DNA of 29,784 bases from Candidatus Dadabacteria bacterium (GCA_040289575.1 PSLL01000010.1:54377-84160), one strand, 5' to 3'; shown: positions 1-10,161, numbered from the stretch's first letter. The notes: generated from the letters alone by a model not told the origin. Translations and numbers: made by a program.

Positions 1-1
1 A

Positions 2-244
2 GCTACTAATGTAGGCGGTATTCCCGAGGTTATTAACCATGGTATCAATGGGCTTCTAGTTGAAAGAGGAGACAGTAAACAACTGGCAGCTGGTATAGTT
101 GCCTCTTTAAGAAGCGGTAGAATAGAGAGAAGAATTGATTTAAAGGATCATCCAATTTGGATGGAGATGTTTAGTCCCGAAATAATGGTAGAATCAATAG
201 AGTCGGTATATCAGCAAATTGTATCTATGAATCTAGTTGTATAA
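2..244 (+). CDS. Glycosyltransferase family 4, C-terminal fragment (5' truncated by window edge)
   Basis: Not in the ORF track. Manual translation of frame 2 gives ATNVGGIPEVINHGINGLLVERGDSKQLAAGI...MVESIESVYQQIVSMNLVV, ending at TAA 242-244. This is the typical GT-B/GT4 C-terminal motif (ATxVGGIPEV...GLLV). Confidence 0.88.
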   Translation, partial: ATNVGGIPEVINHGINGLLVERGDSKQLAAGIVASLRSGRIERRIDLKDHPIWMEMFSPEIMVESIESVYQQIVSMNLVV

Positions 245-504
245 TTCCGGAGTAGTTAAAGATTTGCCAAATTTTCTCTACGGGAAGAGAAATATCGGTG
301 ATGGTTGATATTAGGACAAAAGGTTTTATTTCTTTCTTCCATAAATCAAATTGCCAGTAGAAAAACTAATCTAAGTCCAATATGACTCTTTTCACTTTAG
401 GTTGATACTTTGTTTGGCTTAGTATAAGCCGGGCCATAAGTTATAGAGGCTGTTTGAGAAAGGGCTTATAATTCTACTTTAAATTGTTAAAAGGGTAATT
501 TCAG

Positions 505-1731
505 GTGAAAATCTTGATGATAGCTCCAACTCCATTTTTCTCAGATAGGGGTTGCCATGTGAGAATATACGAAGAGGCAAAAAATTTAATATCCTTAGGG
601 AATAGTGTCACTATTTGTACATATCATCTGGACAAAGATATTCCCGGAATTGATATTAGACGCATTATTAATATCCCTTGGTATAAAAAGACCTCAGCCG
701 GACCCTCGATTCATAAGATATATCTAGATTTCCTACTCCTAATAAAATCCATATTTGTAACTTATCAAACTAAGCCGGATGTCATTCATGCACATCTAAA
801 TGAGGGTGCTTTGATCGGAAAAATCTGTAGCTTGCTCTTTAGGATTCCTATGGTTTTTGACGTCCAAGGTGAATTTACGGGTGAAGTAAGAGCTCATAAA
901 TTTATGAAGGAATATCCATTCCTTCATAAAGTGATAAATAAGGTGGCATTGACTTTGGAGGAGCTATCTTATAAAGCCGCTGATGTATTTGTAGTAAATT
1001 CTAATTTCATGTCCAATCGCCTTCATAAGAACTTCGGAATAAAAAAGGAATCAATTTTCGTCGTTCCCGATGCCGCTGGTTTACCGTATCCAAATCCATC
1101 GAATGGAACCGAGTCATTAAGGAGAAGGTTAAACATACCGGACAATAAAAAGATAGTCGTCTACCTAGGACTGCTTACCGAATATCAGGGCGTGGATCTT
1201 TTATTAAAGGTCATTAAATCTATAGTGGAGAAAAGAGACGACGTACATTTTCTCATTATGGGGTATCCAAATGTGGAATACTATAAAAAAATCTCGGAGG
1301 ATTTGAATATTTCTCAGTACATAACCTTTACCGGAAGGGTTTCCTATTGGGAAATATATAATTACCTGGCCCTTGGAACAATTGCGGTATCCCCAAAACT
1401 CTTAGATTTGGGCGGCGAAGCGAATATCAAACTATATAATTATATTGCTAGCGGTCTTCCTAGTGTTGCTTTTGACTACATAGTAAATCGGGAGATCCTC
1501 GGCAATTTAGGGGTCTATGCTCGACCGAAGGATCCCATTTCGCTAAGGGATTGTATTATTAAACTACTCGATGATGATGAGTTAAGACACGACCTGGCTG
1601 GGAAATTAAAAGCAATAGGTATTGAGAAGTACTCTTGGAAGAGTTCTATTGATAAGTTGCTCGAAGCCTATCTTTTCGTTAAGAGGAAGGAGATGCCTTT
1701 AGTGGATGGAGATCGGAAGATCTGTGGATGA
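505..1731 (+). CDS. Glycosyltransferase family 4 (GT-B fold)
   Basis: 408 aa with GTG start. Motifs MKILMIAP, PDVIHAH, VVYLGLL..YQGVDLL, ITFTGRV, KLYNYIASGLP and YSW match GT4. Confidence 0.92.
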   Translation: MKILMIAPTPFFSDRGCHVRIYEEAKNLISLGNSVTICTYHLDKDIPGIDIRRIINIPWYKKTSAGPSIHKIYLDFLLLIKSIFVTYQTKPDVIHAHLNEGALIGKICSLLFRIPMVFDVQGEFTGEVRAHKFMKEYPFLHKVINKVALTLEELSYKAADVFVVNSNFMSNRLHKNFGIKKESIFVVPDAAGLPYPNPSNGTESLRRRLNIPDNKKIVVYLGLLTEYQGVDLLLKVIKSIVEKRDDVHFLIMGYPNVEYYKKISEDLNISQYITFTGRVSYWEIYNYLALGTIAVSPKLLDLGGEANIKLYNYIASGLPSVAFDYIVNREILGNLGVYARPKDPISLRDCIIKLLDDDELRHDLAGKLKAIGIEKYSWKSSIDKLLEAYLFVKRKEMPLVDGDRKICG

Positions 1732-1812
1732 TATTCTCATTGAAGTAAGGCGGAGCAATATATAATTGCTTCAAAAACACTGAGCATAATACCAAAGAGC
1801 ATGGGAGGATAT

Positions 1813-2873
1813 GTGGAAGCCATAATTACCAGTGGTGGTGTGGGGACGAGGTTGCGACCCATTACACATACAATTAACAAGCATCTAATCCCTATAGCCA
1901 ATAAGCCCATGATCTACTATGCTATAGAATTTAAGGAGATAGGGATTGTGATAAATCCTGAAACGGGAGATGAGATTAAAAGGGCATTGGGTAGAGGAGA
2001 TAAATGGGGGGGCTAAGTTTACCTATATTCTACAAAAGGTTCCCCTTAGCCTGGCACATGTAGTTAAAGTCTCTCAGGGTTTTTATTAAAGAATCCCCAT
2101 TTGTATTCTATCTCGGGGATAATATCCTGATGGGAGATATTCAAAGGTTTATAGAGGCTTTTTTACGGATAAGAATAATTGCTGACTTGTATTGGCTAAA
2201 GTAAAGGATCCTCAGAGATTTGGGGTAGCGGAGATTAAAGATGGAAAAGTAATCACGGTTGAGGAAAAACCGAAAAATCCGAGGAGTCCATTTGCGGTAG
2301 TGGGATTATATATTTATGACCATTCAATTTTTGAGGCGGTAAATCATATTACACCGGGTGCCAGAGGTGAACCGGAGATTTCGGATGCTCATCAGTATTT
2401 AATAGACAGTGGATTTGATGTCGGTTACTCTGAGATTACAGGTTGGTGGAAGGATACGGGGAGACCCGATGATCTGTTGGAAGCCAATAGACTTATCTGG
2501 CATAAGATCATAGAGAACGTTGAACCAAAGATTATGGGAGAAGTCGATAGCGACTCCGACATTGTGGGGAAAGCGATTGTCGAGAAGGGGGCGAGGGTAA
2601 TAAAGAGTGTGATACGGGGTCCTGTAATAATAGGTGAGAACACCCTGGTTGAAAACAGCTATATTGTCCTTTCACCTCTATTTATTATGGGTGTGAAATT
2701 AAAAATAGCGAGATTGAGTATAGTATTGTGCTGGAAAATTGTAAGATCATTGATGCCGATATAAGAATAGAACGGAGTCTCTTAGGGCGTGAGGTTAAGA
2801 TTTATAAAAAAATTCCAAGCCGCGTACTCAAAGATTTATACTCGGAGACCAAAGCACAGTAGAGCTAACCTAA
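1813..2873 (+). pseudogene. Glucose-1-phosphate thymidylyltransferase, long form with C-terminal hexapeptide domain; pseudogene
   Basis: Motifs are spread over several frames: SGGVGTRLRPIT..NKHLIPIANKP; KFTYILQ..PLSLAH; PFVFYLGDN; KVKDPQRFGVAE..EEKP; WWKDTG; PFTSIYYGCEIKNSEIEYSIVL; RFILGDQSTVELT ending at TAA 2871-2873. Joining them needs about 5 frameshifts and read-through of an in-frame TGA at 2183. GGAGG precedes GTG 1813. Confidence 0.88.
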
Positions 2874-2913
2874 TTGTTGCGGTAATGACATCAATTAATG
2901 CGGGTGATAAATC

Positions 2914-3843
2914 ATGAAAAAGGTCAAATTCGGCGTTATGCTTCGTCAGGAAAAGACGGATTTCAAACCAATTAGAGAAGCGGCAGAGCTTTGCGATAAA
3001 CTGGGTTATCATTCTGTGTGGTTTTATGACCACATTCTCGGAATGGGCTCAATTGATTCAGATATATTTGAGGCCTGGACTCTGATGTCCTCTCTTTCAA
3101 CTGTGACATCGAGGGTGAGGATTGGAACACTTGTCCTGTGCAACTCATTCAGGCATCCTCCGCTTCTGGCAAAGATGGCCGCGACACTGGACAACATAAG
3201 TGGCGGCAGGCTTGAGTTCGCGATTGGAGCCGGATGGTTTGAGCCTGAATACAGGGCATACGGATACCCTTTCTCCGATACAGTAACGAGAATAGAGCAA
3301 CTCAGAGAGGCAGTAAAAGTAATCAGGGCGATGTGGACTCAAGAGAAGGTGACTTTTAAAGGAAAATATTATGAAATTAATGAGGCCTATTGTAATCCTA
3401 AACCCGTTCAGAGACCCCTGCCAATCATAATCGGAGGCTCAGGAGAAAAGCACCTTCTTCGAGTTGTGGCAGAGGTTGCAGATGGCTGGAACTGCCCCGC
3501 TTCTAATGCAGCGGGATATGATAGAAAGTTGAGCGTTCTTAAAAGTCATTGTGAGGCTGCTGGTAGAGACATAAGTGAAATAGAGATATCGGAACAGACG
3601 GTGTGCGTAATTGTAAAGGATAAAGTTGAACTTCGAGAAAAACTTCCCAAGGCTCAAAAGAGATACAGATTCTTTGGAGACATAGAGAAAACGGGGATCG
3701 TCGGGATGCCAGAGGAATGTATAGAGAGGATTAAGAAAAAAACAGAAAATGGGGTCAGCAAGTTCACCATATTCTTCTCAGATATTATGAGTCCAGACAC
3801 GCTGCGTTTCTTTGCCAATGAGGTTATGTCCGCCTTTCAGTAG
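2914..3843 (+). CDS. Luciferase-like monooxygenase (LLM) class oxidoreductase, probably F420-dependent (Rv1855c-like subfamily)
   Basis: Motifs GYHSVWFYDH, EAWTLMSSL, RIGTLVLCNSFRHPPLLAKMAATLDNISGGRLEFAIGAGWFEPE, PKPVQ and IGGSGEK. The cofactor is inferred from family resemblance. Confidence 0.88.
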   Translation: MKKVKFGVMLRQEKTDFKPIREAAELCDKLGYHSVWFYDHILGMGSIDSDIFEAWTLMSSLSTVTSRVRIGTLVLCNSFRHPPLLAKMAATLDNISGGRLEFAIGAGWFEPEYRAYGYPFSDTVTRIEQLREAVKVIRAMWTQEKVTFKGKYYEINEAYCNPKPVQRPLPIIIGGSGEKHLLRVVAEVADGWNCPASNAAGYDRKLSVLKSHCEAAGRDISEIEISEQTVCVIVKDKVELREKLPKAQKRYRFFGDIEKTGIVGMPEECIERIKKKTENGVSKFTIFFSDIMSPDTLRFFANEVMSAFQ

Positions 3844-4015
3844 TAGGGTGTTTTTGCATTATTTCGACCTGATTTAATTCATCCGCCCTGTGTATGAAGG
3901 GATAATAACAGTCTGCGGAAAATAGAATAATTTGATTTGTTCCTCCCAAGATTCTTCTCTGTTATACCTTAAGTGGCTAAAATGATATGCAGCGTTTCAG
4001 GTAAAATAATCTTTT

Positions 4016-5023
4016 ATGAAGACCGCGGATTTTGATTATCATCTTCCTCAAGAATTAATAGCATTCTATCCCCTCCAAAATAGAGAAGAGTCCAGGTTGA
4101 TGATCCTCTGGAGAGGGGAGCAGAAAATAGGGCACAGGAGATTTTACGAACTCCCCGAATTCTTAAAAAAGGGAGATGTGGTTGTGCTCAATAACACAAA
4201 GGTCATACCCGCGAGGCTCTTTGGAAAAACCGATGCCGGTAAAGGGTTTGAGGTTCTTCTTGAGGAGAGGATAAACCCCCGGCTCTGGAAAGGGATTATG
4301 AGAAATCCCAAACACGGGATGATGATCCAATTCAATGGAGGATTAAGGGGCAGGGTACTGAGAAACGGAAAAGACAGGTGGCTGGTTGAGTTTGATGAAA
4401 TAGCCGATTATTACATAGAGCGTTTTGGAAAGATGCCTCTTCCCCCTTATATTCGTCGTGAGCCGGAAGAAGGGGATAGGATTTCTTATCAAACGGTCTA
4501 TGCAAAGACAGAAGGTGCCATTGCCGCCCCTACCGCGGGTCTCCACTTTACGGAGAGTCTCTTAGATGAAATACATAAGAAAGGAGCGGAGATTCAATAT
4601 ATCACACTCCACATAGGGGCGGGAACATTTAAGCCGGTTAAAACCGACGATATTAGGAAACACAATATTCATTCCGAATATAGGGAGATCCCCGAACAAA
4701 CCGCTCTGTCTGTGAGCAGGGCCAAACGGGAGGGTAGAAGGGTCATTGCCGTTGGAACCACAGTGGTGAGGGCGATTGAATCGAGTGTGGATGAGAAGGG
4801 AAACCTAAGGCCTGCGGCTGGTCCCACAGAGCTTTTCATCTACCCCGGTTTTCGGTTTCAGATTGTTGATGGTTTAATAACGAATTTCCATCTCCCCTGC
4901 TCTACGCTTCTTATGCTCGTATCTGCATTCGCGGGAAGGGAATTTATACTGAGAGCATACGAAGAAGCAATAAGAGAAGGATACAGGTTTTTAAGCTATG
5001 GGGATGCAATGTTGATACTATGA
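4016..5023 (+). CDS. queA: S-adenosylmethionine:tRNA ribosyltransferase-isomerase
   Basis: Motifs DFDYHLPQELIA, NNTKVIPARL, PLPPYI, YQTVYA, GAIAAPTAGLHFT, VGTTVVR, TNFHLP and YRFLSYGDAMLI. Confidence 0.97.
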   Translation: MKTADFDYHLPQELIAFYPLQNREESRLMILWRGEQKIGHRRFYELPEFLKKGDVVVLNNTKVIPARLFGKTDAGKGFEVLLEERINPRLWKGIMRNPKHGMMIQFNGGLRGRVLRNGKDRWLVEFDEIADYYIERFGKMPLPPYIRREPEEGDRISYQTVYAKTEGAIAAPTAGLHFTESLLDEIHKKGAEIQYITLHIGAGTFKPVKTDDIRKHNIHSEYREIPEQTALSVSRAKREGRRVIAVGTTVVRAIESSVDEKGNLRPAAGPTELFIYPGFRFQIVDGLITNFHLPCSTLLMLVSAFAGREFILRAYEEAIREGYRFLSYGDAMLIL

Positions 5024-5071
5024 GAATCCATTTGATTTGACTTCTGCTCTGATGTTATTTATCAATTTTCT

Positions 5072-5830
5072 ATGGCTCATAGTTTGCTAATTGTTTATGA
5101 ACCGCTCAATATCCTTATAGATAAGAGAGGCTATTGGGAAGGCTATATTGATTTTTATGAAAAATACTGGGGCGGACCGACATCCCCATTTGGGGTCTGG
5201 TTTGGGCAGGAATACGAGACATTCAGAAAGGTACTGTCGGAGCATATGGGTATTGATGAGGAAGAGATTGAAGACTGTTTCTTCATGAAGGATAAAGAAG
5301 GGTATTATATTACCCCTCTTGGTTCTAAGGCGAAATCATACATTTTGTCCTCCGAGAATTACATACCGATTGAGTGGTTTGTTCCTTTTCGGGATGAAGA
5401 AAGGGAGTTCTTTTATACCCCTTGGGGGTTTGCGGGAATGCATTACGATGCAAAGGTCAACCTCGGTCTTAAGAGACTTAGAGAAGCGGATGAAATTATA
5501 AGAATGGCAGCCGAGGGGCGTAGAAAGGGCTGGTTGCCCATTTTTCAGAGATTGGATGATATTCAGGTGGGAATCATTGAACTGGAGAAATGGCTTTCTG
5601 GGTTTGATCCTTCGGGATACGTCCTCTTAAATTATGGAGAGTTATCCTCTTTCATCCACCCGTATACATTGAAGAATGAGCGCTCGGTAAAGGAGATTTG
5701 GGATGTGCTTTCCCTCTTGGAGAAGGGGCAAATTGATAAGGCTCAATTGACGCTCAATATAATGGTTGAGAAGTGGGAGGACATAAGAAAAAAGGCCTCC
5801 GGAGATGTTATTAAGTCCACAATTCAATAG
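5072..5830 (+). CDS. Hypothetical protein (252 aa)
   Basis: Long ORF between queA and rlmD on the same strand with protein-like composition. No function recognised. Confidence 0.8.
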   Translation: MAHSLLIVYEPLNILIDKRGYWEGYIDFYEKYWGGPTSPFGVWFGQEYETFRKVLSEHMGIDEEEIEDCFFMKDKEGYYITPLGSKAKSYILSSENYIPIEWFVPFRDEEREFFYTPWGFAGMHYDAKVNLGLKRLREADEIIRMAAEGRRKGWLPIFQRLDDIQVGIIELEKWLSGFDPSGYVLLNYGELSSFIHPYTLKNERSVKEIWDVLSLLEKGQIDKAQLTLNIMVEKWEDIRKKASGDVIKSTIQ

Positions 5831-5848
5831 AGACCGGTAGCCATATCT

Positions 5849-7096
5849 ATGCAGGTCCAGATTGAAAAACTCGCATTCGGCGGATCGGGAATCGGGAGGG
5901 CAGAGGGAAAAATCGTATTTGTAAGAGGCGGGATTCCCGGAGAGATTCTAGGGGTTAAAATCACAAAGGAAAAAGGGCGATATGACGAGGCGGAAATAGA
6001 GGAAATTCTGAGTCCCTCACCTGAAAGAACCCTGCCGTCGTGTCCTGTTTTTGGAATGTGCGGAGGATGCCAGTGGCAACACATCACTTACACTTCTCAA
6101 CTCAAATATAAAGAAGAAATCCTAGGGGAAACCCTTGAGAGAATTGGGGGATTAAAGGGTGTTGAGATTGAACCTATAGTTCCGTCTTCTAGAGAATACG
6201 GGTATAGAAATAGAGTTACGCTTTCGACTTGGATTCATAGAGGAGACCATCGCATTGGGTATCATGAGGAGAAAAGTAGAAAACGGATTGCAATAGAGGG
6301 TTGTCCTATCTCTTCAAAGCCCATAGATAGGGCAATCTTTCGCCTGGCAAAATCTTTAAAAACCGCTCCGCGCTACCCTTTGAAAAAAATCCATATCGCA
6401 TCCAAAGAGGGCACAGCCTACATTGGCATTATGCCAATTCGGAAGAATAGCCCAAAGAGACTTAACTCGATTCATAATCATTTAGGGAAATTCGCAGAAG
6501 AGGATGTTTTAATCTTCGAAGATGAGGAGTTTGAGTTTAATCTACTTGGACTCAGATTCTATTCTACCCCTTCGGTATTTATTCAGGCAAATAAAGAGAT
6601 TAATGAGATATTGGTTCAAACTGTACATGAATGGGCTAATCTGAGAGGGCATGAGAGGGTCTTAGACCTCTACTGTGGAATCGGAAATTTCTCACTCTAT
6701 ATCGCAAAAAGTGCCAAAGAGGTTGTTAGAGTGGATGTCAACGCAAGGTCTGTTGGTTTGGCAAACAAGAGCGCGAAGGCAAATTCAATAACGAATGTGG
6801 TCTTTGACGCCTCTCCATCAAAGACTTTTGTTGAAGAGGCGGTAAGGCGTGGGGATAAATTCGATCTCATCATCCTCGATCCGCCGAGAGAGGGATCAAA
6901 AGAGGCGTTGAAAGGAATATCTAAACTCTCTCCGGAGAGGATTATATATGTCTCATGCGACCCTACTACTCTTGTCAGGGATTTAAAAACGCTTATAGAA
7001 CTCGGTTATCGAATTCTAAAAATCCGTCCGTTTGATATGTTCCCTCAGACATACCACATTGAATCTGTGGCTTTGGTTTCAAGATTTACAATTTAG
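5849..7096 (+). CDS. rlmD: 23S rRNA (uracil-C5)-methyltransferase, RlmD/RumA family
   Basis: N-terminal TRAM domain, 4Fe-4S motif CPVFGMCGGC...C, FIQAN, SAM motif LDLYCGIGNF, DPPR, catalytic YVSC, and DMFPQTYHIE. Confidence 0.92.
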   Translation: MQVQIEKLAFGGSGIGRAEGKIVFVRGGIPGEILGVKITKEKGRYDEAEIEEILSPSPERTLPSCPVFGMCGGCQWQHITYTSQLKYKEEILGETLERIGGLKGVEIEPIVPSSREYGYRNRVTLSTWIHRGDHRIGYHEEKSRKRIAIEGCPISSKPIDRAIFRLAKSLKTAPRYPLKKIHIASKEGTAYIGIMPIRKNSPKRLNSIHNHLGKFAEEDVLIFEDEEFEFNLLGLRFYSTPSVFIQANKEINEILVQTVHEWANLRGHERVLDLYCGIGNFSLYIAKSAKEVVRVDVNARSVGLANKSAKANSITNVVFDASPSKTFVEEAVRRGDKFDLIILDPPREGSKEALKGISKLSPERIIYVSCDPTTLVRDLKTLIELGYRILKIRPFDMFPQTYHIESVALVSRFTI

Positions 7097-7101
7097 CGGA
7101 C

Positions 7102-8310
7102 CTACTTTTTGCTTCTCTCAACGAGTCCTCTTACCGCGAGTCTCAGTGCGTTTAGCCTGATAAATCCGGTCGCGTCTTTTTGGTTATAGATCTTGTCTTC
7201 CTCAAACGTCGCCAAATCCTTTCGGTAGAGCGAGAATGGAGAGCGCCTTCCTGCAACCGACACATTGCCTTTGTAAATCTTTATTCTCGCTGTTCCGATT
7301 ACGTTTCTTTGAGACTCTTCTATTACGGATTTGAGCATATCCATCTCCGGTGAATACCAAAAGCCGTAGTATATGAGCTCTGAGAATCTCGGAATCAGCG
7401 TATCCCTAAGGTGCATAACCTCTCTATCAAGTGTAAGCGATTCTACCGCCCTATGGGCGGCATGAAGTATTGTTCCGCCGGGGGTTTCATAAACGCCACG
7501 GGATTTTATTCCGACAAATCTATTTTCCACCATATCCACCCTGCCCACCCCGTTTTTCCCTCCGATCTCATTTAGTTTATAGAGAAGCCCTATAGGAGAC
7601 AGTTCTTCTCCGTCAACCCTCACGGGCACGCCTTTTTCGAAATCTATGTCAATATATGTGGGCTTATCCGGGGCCTTTTCAGGGGAGACCGTCATCTCAA
7701 ACATATTTGCGGGCGGCTCAGCCCATGGGTCTTCGAGTATGCCTCCTTCATAACTCGTGTGGAATATATTCCTGTCGCAGCTATATGGCTTGTCGGGCGT
7801 TACGGGAACCGGAATTCCGTGCTCTTTCGCATAAGCGATAAGATCGGCCCTTGATTTTAGGTTCCACTCGCGCCACGGGGCTACTACTCGAATACCGGGC
7901 TCAAGCGTGTAGTATGTAAGTTCAAACCTTACTTGGTCGTTTCCCTTTCCTGTCGCTCCATGCGCTACGGCGTCGGCATTTTCAATCCTTGCGATTTCAA
8001 TCTGCTTCTTTGCGATAATGGGTCGAGCAAGGGACGTTCCCATAAGATAGGCTCCTTCATAAACTGCGTTTGCCCGAATGGCGGTAAAGATAAAATCCCT
8101 CACAAACTCCTCCCTTAGGTCTTCAACATAAACTCTAATTGCACCGGTCTTTATTGCCTTTTCTCTTATTTCATTTAGGTCTTCTCCCTGTCCTAGATCG
8201 GCTACAAAAGCCACTACATCGGCCTTATATTCTTCAATAAGCCATCTGAGTATCACAGAGGTGTCGAGACCACCTGAATAGGCGAGAACTATCTTCTTTA
8301 TCTCTTCCAT
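7102..8310 (-). CDS. argG: Argininosuccinate synthase
   Basis: Motifs [25 protein letters not shown] and [11 protein letters not shown]. Start moved to ATG 8310 (MEEIKK) because GGAGG lies about 11 nt upstream. Confidence 0.98.
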   Translation of the reverse strand: MEEIKKIVLAYSGGLDTSVILRWLIEEYKADVVAFVADLGQGEDLNEIREKAIKTGAIRVYVEDLREEFVRDFIFTAIRANAVYEGAYLMGTSLARPIIAKKQIEIARIENADAVAHGATGKGNDQVRFELTYYTLEPGIRVVAPWREWNLKSRADLIAYAKEHGIPVPVTPDKPYSCDRNIFHTSYEGGILEDPWAEPPANMFEMTVSPEKAPDKPTYIDIDFEKGVPVRVDGEELSPIGLLYKLNEIGGKNGVGRVDMVENRFVGIKSRGVYETPGGTILHAAHRAVESLTLDREVMHLRDTLIPRFSELIYYGFWYSPEMDMLKSVIEESQRNVIGTARIKIYKGNVSVAGRRSPFSLYRKDLATFEEDKIYNQKDATGFIRLNALRLAVRGLVERSKK

Positions 8311-8449
8311 ATTTGCAAAAGCCTCCAATAAGGTTTTGGGGTACAGAAACAGGAATCGGTCATTAAGTCAATAAAAGTCAGAGGCATCTGTATTCTTAAC
8401 TCTATCCCCGAATTCTCATATTTATCTCTCCGTGCCTATGTATCCCCGA

Positions 8450-8881
8450 TTAGCGTGACTGACCGATCCCTCTTAGGTCATAAAGATAAAATGTGACTCC
8501 TTTAGATTCGTAAAACTTCTCCAATGAAAACCCAACATACTCCAACTTCTCTAGATCGTTCCCCTTGTATGTTGTGCGCTTCACTTCATCTGAGAGTTTG
8601 CAGATCAGTGGGATGTCTCTTGTAGGATTATCCTGACAGATAAAGTTAAGCTGAAACTCCCCATCGAGCGAGATATTATCTGGAAGAGCCAAACCCACGG
8701 CTATGTATGCGTTTAAAAGCTCGACCACCCTGACTTTAACCGCATTGATTCCGCCTGCCGCCTCGCCTAATCCTTCTACCTCAAACGTGTATCCATAGAA
8801 ATTGACTTTTATATTTTTCTCTTTCATTGAATCGAGGTTCCAGTAGTCTTCAGGATCTATAAAACACATAATCTGTATCAT
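8450..8881 (-). CDS. Hypothetical protein (143 aa)
   Basis: GGAGG Shine-Dalgarno just upstream of the ATG, within a co-oriented minus-strand run. No family recognised. Confidence 0.8.
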   Translation of the reverse strand: MIQIMCFIDPEDYWNLDSMKEKNIKVNFYGYTFEVEGLGEAAGGINAVKVRVVELLNAYIAVGLALPDNISLDGEFQLNFICQDNPTRDIPLICKLSDEVKRTTYKGNDLEKLEYVGFSLEKFYESKGVTFYLYDLRGIGQSR

Positions 8882-8936
8882 ATTATCCTCCGAAGGGCAA
8901 AAAGATTTTCACTTAGAAATTTAACCAAATCAAATG

Positions 8937-9614
8937 TTAAATCAACCCTATAAAATTGATATGACTTCCCGTCCTTTTGCCATCTCTTCTATATGAATGA
9001 AACTCCATATTACATTTCGTGCAGATTTCTATTATCTCAATGTTTTTCACACCTTCTCTTGCCAGTGCATATCTGTTGGCTTCTTTCAAATCAAGGACGT
9101 ATTCGGATTTGCCTTTTCTCAATAAATATCCCTCCCAATCGCTGAATCTATCCATAAATAGGGATGCTACATCCCATCCAATCTCATAACAGCACACTCC
9201 GATAGATGGCCCCAATACAGCGTGGATTCTCGATGGGGCGATTCCAAAACCCTTTTCAATCTCAAGGATTGTGGCTTTTGCGATCTGAGACAGGGTTCCC
9301 CTCCAGCCTGCGTGAATCGCCGCCACAACTGAAGTGGAGTCGTCAACAAGGAGTATTGGCATGCAGTCTGCCGTAAAGACCCCGACGCCTATGCCTTTTA
9401 AATCCGCAATGAGTGCGTCTCCTTTCTGTTCTAATCCTTTAAATTTATTCCTAATTACAAAGACCCTGCTACTGTGAATCTGGTCCAATGTGGCAATGCC
9501 TCTTAGCCCAAATAGCCCTGCTGCCTCGGATAAGCTCCCGTTGAAACCTCTATTTGAGAAACCGTGAACGACGCCGCTTATTTTAGATAATATTTGAGAT
9601 TTAACCCAGTTCAT
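8937..9614 (-). CDS. pgeF: PgeF/YfiH family (peptidoglycan editing factor / purine nucleoside phosphorylase-like)
   Basis: Motifs HGFSNR, QIHS, GDAL, TADCMPILL, AIHAGWRG, GPSIG.CCYEIG, CT.C and SYRR. Confidence 0.94.
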   Translation of the reverse strand: MNWVKSQILSKISGVVHGFSNRGFNGSLSEAAGLFGLRGIATLDQIHSSRVFVIRNKFKGLEQKGDALIADLKGIGVGVFTADCMPILLVDDSTSVVAAIHAGWRGTLSQIAKATILEIEKGFGIAPSRIHAVLGPSIGVCCYEIGWDVASLFMDRFSDWEGYLLRKGKSEYVLDLKEANRYALAREGVKNIEIIEICTKCNMEFHSYRRDGKRTGSHINFIGLI

Positions 9615-10126
9615 CTCTTCCGAAGCGATCCCTTCAACAGTCGAACATCGTCAATCCATACAGTCCCAGTGCCGTTGATAATGAGATTGAGTTTTATATT
9701 ATCTGGTTTCATTCCATTTGCTAAATAGTATACTGCCTCTTGTTTTGTCCAATCCTCAGTGCCCATCATTTGGGTCAAACGCCTGCGGGAGAATAACTCT
9801 ACTTTATTGGGGAAGTGACACCTGATCTCCATATAAATCTGACCTTTTAGATTTTCAGTGCGAACTTGGGCCCTGTAAATCAATTTGGCATTCTCAACGT
9901 TTACGTCTTTTATCTCAAACAATTGCACCGTCCTGGGTTCTGTTGCGGTAATCCGCAGAGACCCATGACCGTCGCTTGAAATCTGTTTGTCAATCTGGAC
10001 ACCCAATTGGATTATTATTCCATCAAGGTTGTCAATAGGAAACCGTTTTAGTTCAACCTCTCGATTTAACCAAGAAGAGCAGCCGGTTATGCAGATAAAC
10101 GCTACTAATAGAAAGAATCTATTCAT
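9611..10126 (-). CDS. Putative lipoprotein with carbohydrate-binding-like (jelly-roll) domain
   Basis: Start moved to ATG 10126 (AGGAGG upstream). MNRFFLLVAFICITGC is a signal peptide with a lipobox. GSLRI, GTEDW and GTGTVWIDDVRL resemble CBM4/9-like beta-sandwich motifs. The stop overlaps the pgeF start (ATGA). Confidence 0.72.
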   Translation of the reverse strand: MNRFFLLVAFICITGCSSWLNREVELKRFPIDNLDGIIIQLGVQIDKQISSDGHGSLRITATEPRTVQLFEIKDVNVENAKLIYRAQVRTENLKGQIYMEIRCHFPNKVELFSRRRLTQMMGTEDWTKQEAVYYLANGMKPDNIKLNLIINGTGTVWIDDVRLLKGSLRKR

Positions 10127-10161
10127 ACTCTCTACCTCCTTTAAATCAGCCGAATTTAGTG

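Noticed and set aside
110..125. ops/JUMPstart-like GCGGTAG
   Set aside because: Imperfect match inside a coding region rather than in a leader.
2183..2185. In-frame TGA as selenocysteine or recoded stop
   Set aside because: The gene carries many other disabling lesions, this family is not known as a selenoprotein, and TGA serves as a normal stop for other genes in the window.
2006..2812. Phase variation through homopolymer tracts in the thymidylyltransferase
   Set aside because: The tracts are short (5-7 nt), and about five simultaneous corrections plus a nonsense reversion would be needed.
3844..4015. preQ1 riboswitch upstream of queA
   Set aside because: No recognisable preQ1 stem-loop with A-rich tail consensus.
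8403..8449. Direct repeat TATCCCCGA (8403-8411 and 8441-8449) upstream of argG as ARG box or CRISPR remnant
   Set aside because: Only two 9-nt copies, no match to the ArgR box consensus, and far too short for a CRISPR repeat.
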